Below the pieces are notes generated by a model. That model did no database searches. It saw only the letters and a list, made by a program, of their open reading frames with translations, and was not told where the DNA came from. From positions 301,816,001 to 301,880,000 of the forward strand of contig OZ024740.1 in the NCBI GenBank assembly GCA_964016885.1: 64,000 bases of DNA, in the 5' to 3' direction. Made by a program: the position numbers and the translations under genes. The stretch comes from Eledone cirrhosa. Taxonomy: Eukaryota. Shown here piece after piece: positions 13,144-25,659 of the stretch. The first letter of the stretch is position 1, and every line of letters starts with the position of its first letter.

Positions 13144-13419
13144 AAAGTTTTATTTAAAAGTGTTGGGTTACAACAAGTAAATATTTTATAACTGATATAA
13201 AGCACTCAACAAGTTTTGGAGTAGATATACGATATTAAACAAATGGAAACTATATTTATAAAACCATATTTATTTCCTTATACATATTTCGGGGATACCA
13301 TATTAAAAATATGGCATGCCTTCTTCAGATAAAATACACTATATAAACAGTTTCATAAATAATTTTGGACGTACCATAAATATTGATCAACTTTTATGTA
13401 AGAAGTTGGTTTGGTAGTG

Positions 13420-14425
13420 AGATGTTCATAAATATTTAGTGTTAAGCACAGTTAAAAGGAAAGACGGAGAAAAATAAGAGATGTATGTATAGAAAAACAG
13501 AGAGAAATAGAGAGAGATAGGGGAGAGAGAAATAGTGAGGAGGTGAAAAAAGAGATGCAGCTGAGGCAACAGATGAATAATAATAATTCATCATACAAAT
13601 TGAGAGATTTAGGAGGGAGGGAGTACTGTACTTATTTAGTTATAGTGTTAAGGAGACGGAGAGAAATAAAAAATGAAGAGAAAACAGAGAGAGAGAAAGA
13701 TAGAGGTGGGGGGAAAAAAGAGGTAGACCAAATAATAATAATTATTATATATGGGGAGGTGAGAGAAATAGGAGAGAAGTAAGAGAGAAAACAAGAGAGA
13801 AACTGGAGAGTTAAAGTTAAAATAACCGATACTTAGACTTCATCAAATATAAAGAGGGAGGAGAAGAAAGAGCTATATCTAGAGAGAGGGATGATAGATT
13901 TACATCTTTACGTTATGTCCTATCAATTTGAATTATCAATTCATATGAATTGGGTATTATAATGTAAATATCAATATTCATGAATGAGACATAGATATAT
14001 AATGTGTGAAAAATAATGATCATATGTTTAGTTTAAAAATTCTGAGGTCGATGTACCAAAAACTTCTCTCCTATTTCTCTCACCTCACCATATATAATAA
14101 TTATTATTATTTGGTCTACCTCTTTTTTCCCCCCACCTCTATCTTTCTCTCTCTCTCTGTTTTCTCCTCATTTTTTATTTCTGTCCGTCTCCTTAACACT
14201 ATAACTAAATAAGTACAGTACTCCCTCCCTCCTAAATCTCTCAAATTGTATGATGAATTATTATTATTCATCTGTTGCCTCAGCTGCATCTCCTTTTTCA
14301 CCTCCTCACTATTTCTCTCTCCCCTATCTCTCTCTATTTCTCTATGTTTTACTTTACATACATCTCTTCTTTTTCTCCGTCTTTCTTTTTAACTGTGCTT
14401 AACACTAAATATTTATAAACATCTC
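13420..14425. repeat. About 360-bp inverted repeat (13420-13780 vs 14065-14425)
   Basis: ORFs 13543+ and 14116- translate near-identically, and the DNA arms are reverse complements. Confidence 0.8.
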
Positions 14426-14625
14426 NNNNNNNNNNNNNNNNNNNNNNNNNNNNNNNNNNNNNNNNNNNNNNNNNNNNNNNNNNNNNNNNNNNNNNNNNNN
14501 NNNNNNNNNNNNNNNNNNNNNNNNNNNNNNNNNNNNNNNNNNNNNNNNNNNNNNNNNNNNNNNNNNNNNNNNNNNNNNNNNNNNNNNNNNNNNNNNNNNN
14601 NNNNNNNNNNNNNNNNNNNNNNNNN
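14426..14625. other. Assembly gap (200 N)
   Basis: Run of n characters. Confidence 1.
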
Positions 14626-14858
14626 AAACTCAGATTACCTTTGTTGTATTCAGTTATGTACAGTGATAAGCTATATATATAATTAGCTTGATACGGTGGC
14701 TGATGGCTTCACAACCACTGTTTATATTTTATCTGGCCTTTATAATGCATGTTAATTACACTGGTTTCTTCTTAGTTCATTGATCGCCTGCCACATATCT
14801 CAGGGATTGCGTTTCGTTTTGTTTTGGCTACCGCCGAAATACGATCTAGCTGAAATTA

Positions 14859-14896
<38 letters not shown>

Positions 14897-15126
14897 TTAG
14901 AAACACACAGATACATGCGGACACACACATATACATGAATGCATCCGCACCCAACCGTGAGTTAAGGGTGCCAACTTCACCGATGTTGCTCAATGAATGA
15001 CTGTGACAGACCAATCCGGTTGAACTAGACTGAACCAGTATCAGAGTTAAAATACATTATGAAGAGAGAAGAAACATTTAGATATAATTAGTAATAAAAT
15101 GTATCATACTTAAACTGCTCCTAGAT

Positions 15127-15216
15127 TCCTCGACTACGTAGTTTCGTGGCATAAACAAAAACAATACATCATAAAGATATAGAGTCCTTGCGAGGTCTGC
15201 CGACTTATCAAGAGGA
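15127..15216 (-). ncRNA. Type I HHR with U3-A8 core and long stem II
   Basis: Minus strand: tcctc TTGATAA gtcggca…tgccac GAAA ctacgtag TC gagga. Confidence 0.7.
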
Positions 15217-15842
15217 TACCTCATTTTACTAGTCTCAAGAACGCGTCTACACGACGTGAGAAAGAATCCCAAAAGGCGGAGGGGGAGATAGTCACGCGAT
15301 ATAACGGTCGAGAAACAGAGCTAAGCCTCTTATAACCCCGAAGAAAATACCACGGAGGCGGAGGGGTATGATACATTTTATTACTAATTATATCTAAATG
15401 TTTCTTCTCTCTTCATAATGTATATATATATATATATATATATATATCAAGGTATATATTGAGTTAGAAACTCAAAAAATAGTCTCTTACAATTAAATAG
15501 CTCAAGGAAAGAGTTATTTCCGAGCCGTATGGTATAAATGAATATAAAAAAGAGATAAACACAGATATATACATATATGTTTTCCAATCGTAAGGGACCG
15601 GTCTCGCTAGGGCGAAAAAATACTAACTATGGACAATAGGGTTTGCCAGACTCAATTTAAGTATAAATCAAGAAAATAATTACAAACCGGAATTGTGGTA
15701 ACTACCAGATACCAAGACAGCGTTTGGTGATGCTTTTGGCAATTTAATTGTGAAGGGAATTATCAATTGTTATTGTTCATAAAATTAGTAAACTCTTCAC
15801 TTCCAAGTAATTTGGCGTTGTGCACCACATGCTTTCGCCAGG

Positions 15843-15874
<32 letters not shown>

Positions 15875-15876
<2 letters not shown>

Positions 15877-15905
15877 TAGTAGCAGGACCCGGCGTTACAC
15901 AGGGT
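15875..15905 (-). mobile_element. Helitron-like 3' terminus
   Basis: Minus strand accctgtgtaacgccgggtcctgctaCTAGt: GC-rich hairpin followed by CTAG|T. Confidence 0.5.
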
Positions 15906-16232
15906 AGTTAGCGTGTATATATGAATGTATATATATATTGTATTTGGTAATACACTGTATGCTTAATTAAAGTTTGTTGAAAAAGAAGTAAGTGACATAG
16001 TCACTACTTTAAAACAATAGCGTAAGGTCTTCAAAATGCTTTTACTTAAGCATACAGTGTATATAGAAGATCCAAATACACTATATATAGAAGATTCATA
16101 TATACATCGCTATTTCAGAGCACCAATTCTAATTTTCAATTTTTGCTGGTCCGGCAACCGCTCTGTATAATCAGTTCCTGATTATTACTGGAATTCTATA
16201 AGAATCCAACATTCATAATTTTCACCAGACAA

Positions 16233-16296
16233 GGGGAGTGCTAAGCTCTGAGGAATACCAACAGTATGAAACAGAGATGTGTCAGCTTATCTCCCC
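16233..16296 (+). ncRNA. Extended type I HHR with canonical core, in a diverged monomer (about 15910-16300) of the 316-320-nt repeat family
   Basis: ggggag-tgc-taagct CTGAGGA atac-caaca-gtat GAAA ca-gagatg-tg TC agctta-t-ctcccc. Confidence 0.85.
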
Positions 16297-16853
16297 AGTG
16301 CTCTAAATCAGAATTGTTAGCGTGGTAATAAATAGCCGAACTTTTCAAGGGGTAATTCCTTATATGGGAAGATTGTAGTTGTCAAAACAATTGGTCAACA
16401 TTTCTTGTAAACACAATTAAGTCTTTCTTGGTGGTAGGTGTCCATTGGGCATTTGTAGCCCATTAAATTCTATATAGCATTGGCCGAAAACGCAACACCA
16501 GCTAAAAATATAATAGCTGCTTTAGACTCTAGGGATATCTTATAATTTGTTACCATTTAATTATTTATTATTTTTTTTATTTATAATCTCAATTTATTAA
16601 CCTTTTAATTTTATAACGTCCCACTCTCAAATTCCCCCAGAATTCTGTTTCGCCTGCTTTCTACCTAGCCTAATTTAATACACACTCGTTAGAATTTACT
16701 GTATAGAATTCACTTTCAACGCTTGAGCTCATAGTTCTACAGGCAAGTTCAGCGTCCTCCACTTCCCACCTACCACCTAGAAGGACTTAATTCTGTTTAC
16801 AAGAAATTTTGACCAATCCTTTTGTCAACTACAACCTTTCCATATAAGGAAAT

Positions 16854-16948
16854 ACTCCGTGAAGAGTTCGATAATTTATTAACGCGCTAAATATTCTAAT
16901 TTAGTCCAGAAATAGCCGTCGAAACGGCTTGAGCTCTGCCGTCGGGGT
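16854..16948 (+). ncRNA. Degenerate type I HHR; 3' halves of the same family at 55101-55215
   Basis: actcc GTGAAGA …aaatagccgtc GAAA cggct-tgagctc-tgccg TC ggggt. Confidence 0.5.
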
Positions 16949-17015
16949 TAAAAATTTCCCTATATATATATATTTATATATAGATAGTTATGTAATAAAG
17001 AACATAAGATAATTA

Positions 17016-17076
17016 TTTCATTTACCAGTGGTTTCTTGAATGCAAACAACATTTGCTTTCAGTCATCAGAATGAAA
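17016..17076 (-). ncRNA. Type I HHR; second copy at 25947-26007 (+)
   Basis: tttcatt CTGATGA c-tgaaagcaaa-tgttg-tttgcattca-a GAAA ccactgg TA aatgaaa. Confidence 0.78.
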
Positions 17077-17270
17077 ACATCCTGGTGTATTTATTGACAG
17101 TGGATTTTAAAACCAAAAATATAATCTATATGAAAGTGAGGTTGGAAAAGAAAGATAGAAAGGAAAAAGAATAAATATAAAAGTAGATAAACACACATGC
17201 ACACACACACACACGCACACACACATATACATACACACATACATATATATATATATACATAAATATATAT

Positions 17271-17860
17271 GGTGGCTGCCAACTCGTTTTCGAGTACGGC
17301 CACTACTTTATATCCATGTAGGAAAACCCCTATCGATGCGCTGAACGAGTGTGACTTTTTAGTTCAGCAAGCGACTTGAAAACTCTGGTACAAATTATTC
17401 ACACATAGTGCTGAGCCCTTGGTACCATGTGACGACAAGTGCAGAGAGATCTCCAGATATAAAGCAATGCCTGTGCCGTGAAGCTTTTATAGTGAGCAAA
17501 AGCACTGAACAAAGCCAGTCCGACTCTCTTAACCAAGATGATATTTACGAAAGGAAAGAACATGTCAACATCATTGGATACCATCAGAGTTGCAGGTGTT
17601 ATATCAGAATTTTCCTTCTCCTAGAATTCTGCCTTAACAAAGGCTAAGGGGTCATCTCTCCCGGTGATTTTGGATTGCCATTGACTCTTAAGAGCTCCTT
17701 TGCCCTTTGACAGGTTTTGTTTTTAGTCCTGCAGGATGTCCAAAGTCACCATCCTCACCAGGAAACCTTGGTGGGCTTGCCAGTTTAGTCGCCAACGACC
17801 CGACCATGAGGCAGGTTGTACTGGGATACATGTTACCAGTAGCACCAACTGGTGACCTGA
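17271..17860 (-). mobile_element. Internally deleted non-autonomous RTE derivative (5' UTR fused to the last zinc finger and 3' tail)
   Basis: Minus strand has ttctaggagaagg…ctgatataacacctgc…gatgttga…cacaggcattgc (matches 31110-31337), SLAELKSHTRSAHR* (cf. SLAGLKSHIRSQHC*) and gtggccgtactcga…ggcagccacc (cf. 35410-35444). Confidence 0.75.
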
Positions 17861-17861
17861 C

Positions 17862-17892
<31 letters not shown>

Positions 17893-18027
17893 GATAGATA
17901 GATATATACATGTACATATATATACACACATATATATATATATATATATAAATATATATATATATACATGTATATATATATATATATACACATACATACA
18001 TATATATATATACATATATAAATATGA

Positions 18028-18838
18028 GAATTGGAGCTCTGAAATAGCCCTATATATATGAATGTATATATAGTGTGTTTTGCAATACACTTTATGCTTA
18101 ATTAGAAGCATTTTGAAGACCGTATGCTATTGTTTTAGAGTAGTAACAGACTCACTGACTTTAATCTCAGCAAACAGGGGGAGATAAAGCCGACAAGGCC
18201 TTTTTTCTGCATTTGTTGATGCTTATCAAGGCTAACTACTCCCTTCCGTCTGCTGAGATCACTGATGTTATATTCTTATAGAATTCTAGTAAATAATCAG
18301 GAACTGATTATACTCTAAAACAATAGCATACGGTCTTCAAAATGCTTTTAATTAAGCATAAAGTGTATTGCAAAATACACTATATATACATTCATATATA
18401 TATGGCTATTTCAGAACTCCAATTCTAATTTTTAATTTCTGCTTGATTGGCACCCGCTCTGTATAATCAGTTCCTGGTTATTTACTAGAATTCTATAAGA
18501 ATATAACATCAGTGATCTCAGCAGACGGGAGGGAGTAGTTAGCCCTGATAAGCATCAACAAATGCAGAAACAAGGCCTTGTCGGCTTTATCTCCCCTGTT
18601 TGCTAAGATTAAAGTAAGTGAGTCTGTCACTACTCTAAAACAATAGCATATGGTCTTCAAAATGCTCTTAATTAAGCATAAAGTGTATTGCAAAATACAC
18701 TATATATACATTCATATATATATGGCTATTTCAGAGTTCCAATTCTAATTTTTAATTTCTGCTTGACCGGCAACCGCTCTGTATAATCAGTTCCTGATTA
18801 TTTACTAGAATTCTATAAGAATATAACATCAGTGATCT
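18028..18838. repeat. 320-nt HHR-bearing repeat: inverted copy (18028-18312) then about 1.6 forward units
   Basis: ctctaaaacaatagc recurs at 18313 and 18633. HHRs at 18166-18257 (-, TTGATAA) and 18517-18607 (+, CTGATAA). Confidence 0.85.
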
Positions 18839-18842
18839 TATC

Positions 18843-18945
18843 AGGTTAACTTTGCCTTTCATCCTTACGGGGTCGATAAAATATATTACCAGTAATGTGC
18901 TGGTTATTTGCTGGCCTTGTGCCAAAATTAGAAACAATTATTATT
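18843..18945 (+). mobile_element. SINE 3' half
   Basis: ggttaactttgcctttcatccttacggggtcgataaa…ggccttgtgcc…aattatt. Confidence 0.7.
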
Positions 18946-19079
18946 AAGTTGACAGCGATACAGGAAAGGACACAAATAAATAAACTAACACACGTGGTAA
19001 ACAATACACACATTTACACATACACATACATATGAATATATACATACACACACACACATACACACACATATCTATATAT

Positions 19080-21030
19080 AGAAAGGATAAAAAGGACGAT
19101 TGATTATTCCTTCATTGCATTTATTGATAGGTGACGCGCGTTTCGCCACTGATCAGCTCAACGTTCGATCTATATCGATCCTACCCGACTCAATAATCGG
19201 CAACTCGACGGACCCTCTTAAAATGCTATGAGACAATGAAATACATGCTATGTGGTAAAGTCAGAGTTTCAAGAGTTTGACAAAATGAGTTGTTTTGATT
19301 GGTGGGAAGGATCAAGGCGATGTACTGGCCTGTAGTGTATATGGTGGTGGGTGTGATGGTGAGATGTTGGTGACGGTCTGTGGATGAGGTGGGCTGTGGT
19401 GTGTTGGTGGTGGGTTGGCCTTGGCGTGTAGACTATGTCCACAACACACATCGTCGTACGTCCATAAACGCTTTTCCCTCGCGTTCCCTGTCACCTTTTA
19501 ACCGGTATTCGATCTGGTATATATATGTTTGTCCCTCACAACTCCACCACCACCACCACAAAACACAACTCCATACTTCATCAACACCGACAACTCATAC
19601 CTCCACTCCCCAACCAACAATAGTGTGTGTGTCTGTGTGTAAGTATTTTTACTCATACGGGCGTTTAGGTGTGCGTGCGTGTACGCATATTTATGTGTAT
19701 GTGTGTGTGTGTGTATGTGAACACATGTGTATGCATATGTCTATGTGTGTGTATATATATATCTGTATATATATATGTATGCGTATGTGTATGTGTGTGT
19801 ATATATGTATGTGTATGTATGTGTGTGTATGTGTACGTCTGCATATATGAATATGGGTAAATCTGACTGTATGTGTAGGTGAGCTTATATATGTGCATGT
19901 ATGTGTATAATATGCGTGTATGTGTGTGTTCTCTGTACATGTGTGTGTATATATATATGTATATATATATATGTATGAGTATACGTGTGTGCGAGTGTGT
20001 ATGTGTATATCTTGCATACATGAGTGTGAGTCCATGTGCCTATACCCATGTGTATGTATGTGTATGTATATATGTAAAACACCTTGTACATTGCCTCTCA
20101 CCTTCCCCCCATCTCTGTCGTTCGCCACCCCCACCGATACTCCCCCACTGTCCATATTCGTATCCGCATGCGCGCATACACATACATGTGTGTACATATA
20201 CATATGGCTGTGTGTGAGCGTATGTCGATATGTGTGGGCAAGGATGTGCGTATGTGTTTTATGTTGTGTGTGTTTATACAACAATATATGTGCACATATA
20301 TACATATATGTGTGTGCGTATACGTATATACAAGGTATCTGTCAGATGAAGAGCGTCTAACTATGTATCTATGTAAGGACCTTGACGCCACCAATACATC
20401 CACCACACCACCACAAACGCCGCTACCATAGACAACGGCACCACTACCACACCCCCACCCACACGCCAACCCGTCTACTGACAATCCACTAACCTCATAC
20501 CACAGCCCATCCCACTAAATAACCTTAACCACCACCATATCATCACATCCACCCCCACATACTCTACACGCCAAGGCCAACCCACCACCACCACACCACA
20601 GCCCACCTCATCCACAGACCGTCACCAACATCTCACCATCACACCCACCCCCATATACACTACAGGCCAGTACATCGCCTTGATCCTTCCCACCAATCAA
20701 AACAACTCATTTTGTCAAACTCTTGAAACTCTGACTTTACCACATAGCATGTATTTCATTTTCTTATAGCATTTTAAGAGGGTCCATCGAGCTGCCGATT
20801 ATTGAGTTGAGTCGGGTAGGATCGATATAGATCGAACCTTGAGCTGATCAGTGGCGAAACGCGCGTCACCTATCAATATATACAATGAAGGAATAATCAA
20901 TCGTCCTTTTTATCCTTTCTATATTTTGCACTCTGTATAGGTCTACACATCATCACAGAAGTGAACCTAAACATCGAGTGCTCACCCGGGTGAACCTGCA
21001 GTAACTCCTAGTTACACCCACTGGATATAT
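19080..21030. mobile_element. pLTR-like element with about 360-bp inverted arms (19080-19440 vs 20560-20925) and degenerate HHRs
   Basis: The arms are reverse complements. GAAAC-gcgc-GTC at about 20856-20867, with a relative at 38925-39017. Confidence 0.65.
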
Positions 21031-21097
21031 ATATATATATACAAAAAGTTACGTCACCACCTTAATAGAAATACACACCGCATATAAACACACACAC

Positions 21098-21142
<45 letters not shown>

Positions 21143-21418
21143 CATCTACATACGGATATATATAGAATTATATACACATATATATATACATATATACACA
21201 TATACACAACACATACATACACACAGAAATAAATATCTATAAATAAAAAAGGGTGGGTATGTAAAGGGTAAGATAGAAAGTAAGGGGAATAAGGAAAATA
21301 AATAACATAGGATAAAGTTTAAATATAAGAGAGAAAAAGAATATAAGGGTAAAGAGAGTGAGTTCAGAGAGTAATGAAAATCGTAGTGGATGTAAGGCGT
21401 AAAGAGCAGAGAAGAAGT

Positions 21419-23105
21419 TCAAGGTGGTTGAGTCATCGTAGGAATTTCAATCCAGTTACAGAGCAGATGTGATTTCAGGTGAGGACAACATCTGAAGATC
21501 TCGGTCTTGGAGTTCAGGCAAGTTGAAGTGGCTTTCAAGTTTTGTAGAATTCTAAATTTTTCAGTGGTACACAAAGAACAATTCTTTGTGCCCCTTTGAT
21601 ATTCTCTCGAATGGTCTAAAATAGAACAATCGATAGAGTACGGGATGTATTTAACCTTGAATTCCCACACCTTATCTGCGAGAGCCGTTGCTGTTCTTTT
21701 AACAGAGTGTTTAAAAGAAGTGACATGTGCATAAAAGCTGGTTTTGAACCTTCCCTGAGTCATGCCAACATATCGTTCACTCCTGGTTGGCTGTTTGTTA
21801 ATCAGAGGTGTCACTTTGGCCTCATATACAACGGATTTGGTATTAGATTTGCCCTGTAATGGTCATTCATCCGGCTTCCTGCAACTGCATCCTTGATTTA
21901 TTCTCGTACGATTAGAATTGGTGATTTTAGTAATCATTGTTGGGCTGCAATAGTAAGTGATTTTAACTACAATTCTATTAAATATCTTATAATATCTATG
22001 ATTAGGGGGAAATGTTTGTCTAAGAGGTCAAGTAATTTCTTTTCTATATTAGTTTTGACAGTTAGAGAGAAGGGGTGGGGGGGGGGGGGGTTGTAAACCA
22101 AATAATTTTCCTTTCCTATTATTGTGATTAGTTTTAGGGGGAGGAGTAGGTAAATATTTAATATGTCCTGTAAAGCCGTTGTTATTAAGGGCTTTATTAT
22201 AATAAGGGACAGCTTTGTTCAAAATGTCTAGAGATGAAGATAAGGTAGAAATCCTACGGCTAATATTGGGAATAAGATTTTTTTAAACTATAGGGGGGAT
22301 GGCAAGACTCTTTGTGTATATATCTTAGATTTTCGTTAGGTTTATGATAAGGTTTAAAAGAGGCAGTAAGTAGATCAAGATTAATGTCAAGAAAGTTAGC
22401 ATTGGTAAGGTTCGTATCTATAGTAATTTTAAGGTTTAGGTTAGCAAAAGTATTGATTAAATCTTTACGGAATTCATGAAGGTTATGGCCGTTGGTGGTA
22501 TGAGAAACTGCCAATCCGTATCACGGTATAAACCGATATTATGGGAAGGAAATATCTCTTTAAGGGTGTGGAGTAGGAATAATCCTACTAAGTTACACAC
22601 ATCCGCACAGTCATATGAACCCATTGCAACATCAAAAGAGTTTTCAGGGCTTGAATGTTTAACCCAAATACTTTCATTAGTAAATAATAGAGTTTTCCTA
22701 GCATGAAAGATAATGTCTTCTTCTAATTTAGAAACATTGATGAAGGGTCTTGCAAAATCTAAGGCTTTAGTTAATAAGGAAACAGTAATAGAGGGGTAAA
22801 AATCAACAAAATCAAATTGGGAAAATTTATTTTTACCTTGTATATTATTAAACCAAGAAATAACACAGGATGTATTTAACCATTGTGATAAGTCAGTCTT
22901 AGTTCTAATTTGGAGAATTATTTTTCTTAACATTTTTTTACTTGCAAGACCAACTTTGGAGTTAGCAGGGTTAATCTGTCTACAGCTAGATCGATTAGTA
23001 AAGTCTAATTTATGGTCTTTAAAGGTAATATAAGCTTGGCTTTCAATCCGGTTGTCTATTTTTAAAGAACTAGCTAGTTTTTAGCTTCTTTATTAATAGT
23101 ATTGT
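21419..23105 (-). pseudogene. Penelope-like element (YRD-type RT plus GIY-YIG), frameshifted; related to the element at 345-1149
   Basis: FDFVDFYPSI, FDVAMGSYDCADVCNLVGL, GLYRD, NFLDINLDL, YIHKESCHPP and ERYVGMTQGRFK…CSLCTTEK. Confidence 0.88.
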
Positions 23106-23568
23106 AGGTGCTATTGTTAGCTAATTGATATTTGTTGGTGATACTATTAGTTGAAAGTTGGTTATACAAAATACTAATAACTTCAAACAGATTTTTAGTT
23201 TTATCGGAAAGAACAAAAGTGTTTGTAGAATTTTTAAAATTAGAAATATCGTTAGAAAGATTAGTTTGAAAATTATTATTGTACTTACGAAATTTGACAT
23301 CACTAATTAAATTAATATATATTTTATATTAATTAAATCTATATATATATATATGTGTATGTATATGAATAATTACATAGAGTGATTTAATGTTTATTTT
23401 CATTGATTATTTGCTCCAGGAACTTGTTGATTGCTCTAAATCAGCTATAAAATTTATACCTTTATCTATTTAATTATTTATTTATTATTTGTCGTATTCC
23501 CAACTATTTGTTTACCCCTTCCACCTTTTTATATATATATATATATATATAAAATATTTATGTATTTC

Positions 23569-23611
<43 letters not shown>

Positions 23612-23709
23612 TTGAAATTTCCGTTGAAAACAGAAAAGGTCATAGAAGTGAAGAGTGCTCTATGTAAGTATCAGAGCAAAATTTAATGTATAAAAATCAA
23701 TACAATATA

Positions 23710-23787
23710 ATTACCTCATTACCAGAGGTTTCCCGAATGAGGCGAATACGAATGAAACGTCTTCATTCGTTCGTCAGACGAGGCAAT
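23710..23787 (-). ncRNA. Type I HHR in the upstream pLTR of the 21.4-23.1 kb PLE
   Basis: attgcctcgt CTGACGA a-cgaatga…tcattcg-g GAAA cc-tct-gg TA atgaggtaat; 10-bp stem I. Confidence 0.8.
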
Positions 23788-24574
23788 ATAAAACATGGGT
23801 AAATACTTCGAAATTCTCATCAAGAAAAGCAAAAAAACCCAAAAGGATATAGACAAATGAATTAGAATATGAAATATATAATAATATTTCAAGAAATATA
23901 GTTAGGTGTGTGTATATGTATGTATATACGCTCACAGATGTGCATATATGTGTATGCACATATGTATACGTATAGTGAAAAAATGTGCGTAAATATATAA
24001 TTTATGGCAAATGTATCTGTATGTCTGTAATCTACAGACAGAATAGATACATCATAAGAATATGAAGGCACGCGCATAAACACACCTACACACACGTACA
24101 CTTAGATGCGGAAGTAAAAGAGGTAAGGGAGTGTAATAATTAAAGGGAAGTATCAATCTCGATATATTTATAAAAATGGAACAATAATTTAGAAAGAAAA
24201 AATTAAAGAAAAGAAGACAAAAAAGGTACATACATACACACACACGTATATCTCACAAAAGAAACGCAAAAATATACATGCTTATATACACACGCACACT
24301 TACACATCAATACGTTCGATACGTACACACACACAAACACACATACTTACACTCACGCATATTGACCTGTTTGCATGCACACGCATAAAAATGAGTAAGT
24401 AAAAAAAGGGGGAGAAGAAAAAAGGAACAAAACATAAAACCTAGATGTAAAAACACGGATATAAAGACACATACACATACGCATACATATATATATATAT
24501 ATATTATATTTTGAGAATAAACTCTCAGTCGTTTACAATAATTAAGCTCCAGGAAGGGGCTCTCCCGAGCAGTT

Positions 24575-25040
24575 AATACATTTAAAGTATATGATAAACA
24601 CGAAATGTGTTTACATTGCAACAGACAAAGTTAGCTATTAATGAAATAAACTAATAAAAGTGAATACAATGTGTCTGTCTCGATACATGTCAATAAAGAC
24701 AAGCTTATATTGGCAACTGCCATGATTCCTGGACATATTTAAATTTCAAAATTCAAACCTGTTCTGTAGACGAATTTGAACCTCGAAACCCAAATAAGTT
24801 TCGCAACGGTGGAATGTGGATTGAAAAATATTTGGGTTTCGAGGTTCAAATTCGTCTACAGAAGAGGTTTGAATTTTGAAATTTAAATATGTCCATGAAT
24901 CATGGCAGTTGCCAATATTGTCTTTATTGACTTGTATCGAGACAGACAAATTGTATTCACTTTTGTTAGTTTATTTCATTAATAGCTAACTTTGTCTGTT
25001 GCAATGTAAACACATTTCGTGTTTATCATATACTTTAAAT
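24575..25040. repeat. About 215-bp inverted repeat (hairpin insertion)
   Basis: 24575-24795 is the reverse complement of 24830-25040. Confidence 0.8.
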
Positions 25041-25041
25041 G

Positions 25042-25146
<105 letters not shown>

Positions 25147-25553
25147 GTGTGTGTGTGTGTATGTATATATTTATATGCATGTATGTGTGAACGTGTGTAT
25201 TGCTTACAACGTGTGTTTGTTTATTTATTTGTGTCCTTTCCTGTATCGCTGTCAACTGAATAATAATTTTTATTTCTTAAGTCGTATATTTTTTTTTTTA
25301 TTTTTTTTTTATTTTTATTTTTATTTTTTATTTTACTTTTTTTTTTATTTTTATTTTTTTTTTTTTTTTATTTTTCATTTTTATTTTTATTTTTTTTTTT
25401 ATTGTTATTTTTATTTATTTTTTTATTTTTATTTTTATTTTTATTTTTATTTTTATTTTTATTTTTCTGTGACGGCCTATTGCATTATATGTTTGTTCAT
25501 TGTTTTTTTTTTAATAATAATTAATTGTGTGTGTGTGCGTATGTAGGTGTGTG

Positions 25554-25584
<31 letters not shown>

Positions 25585-25612
25585 TTGTATTTATGTGTAT
25601 GTGTATGTATGG

Positions 25613-25659
<47 letters not shown>

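Noticed and set aside
15270-15370. GGCGGAGGGG twice, resembling a twister ribozyme 3' strand
   Set aside because: No matching UAA-P2 strand or GGUCCCAAGCCC-type P4/L4 was found.
24800-24900. TTGAAAA or CAGAAGA … GAAA tttaaa TA as an HHR
   Set aside because: Stem I does not pair in register; at best a truncated 3' half.
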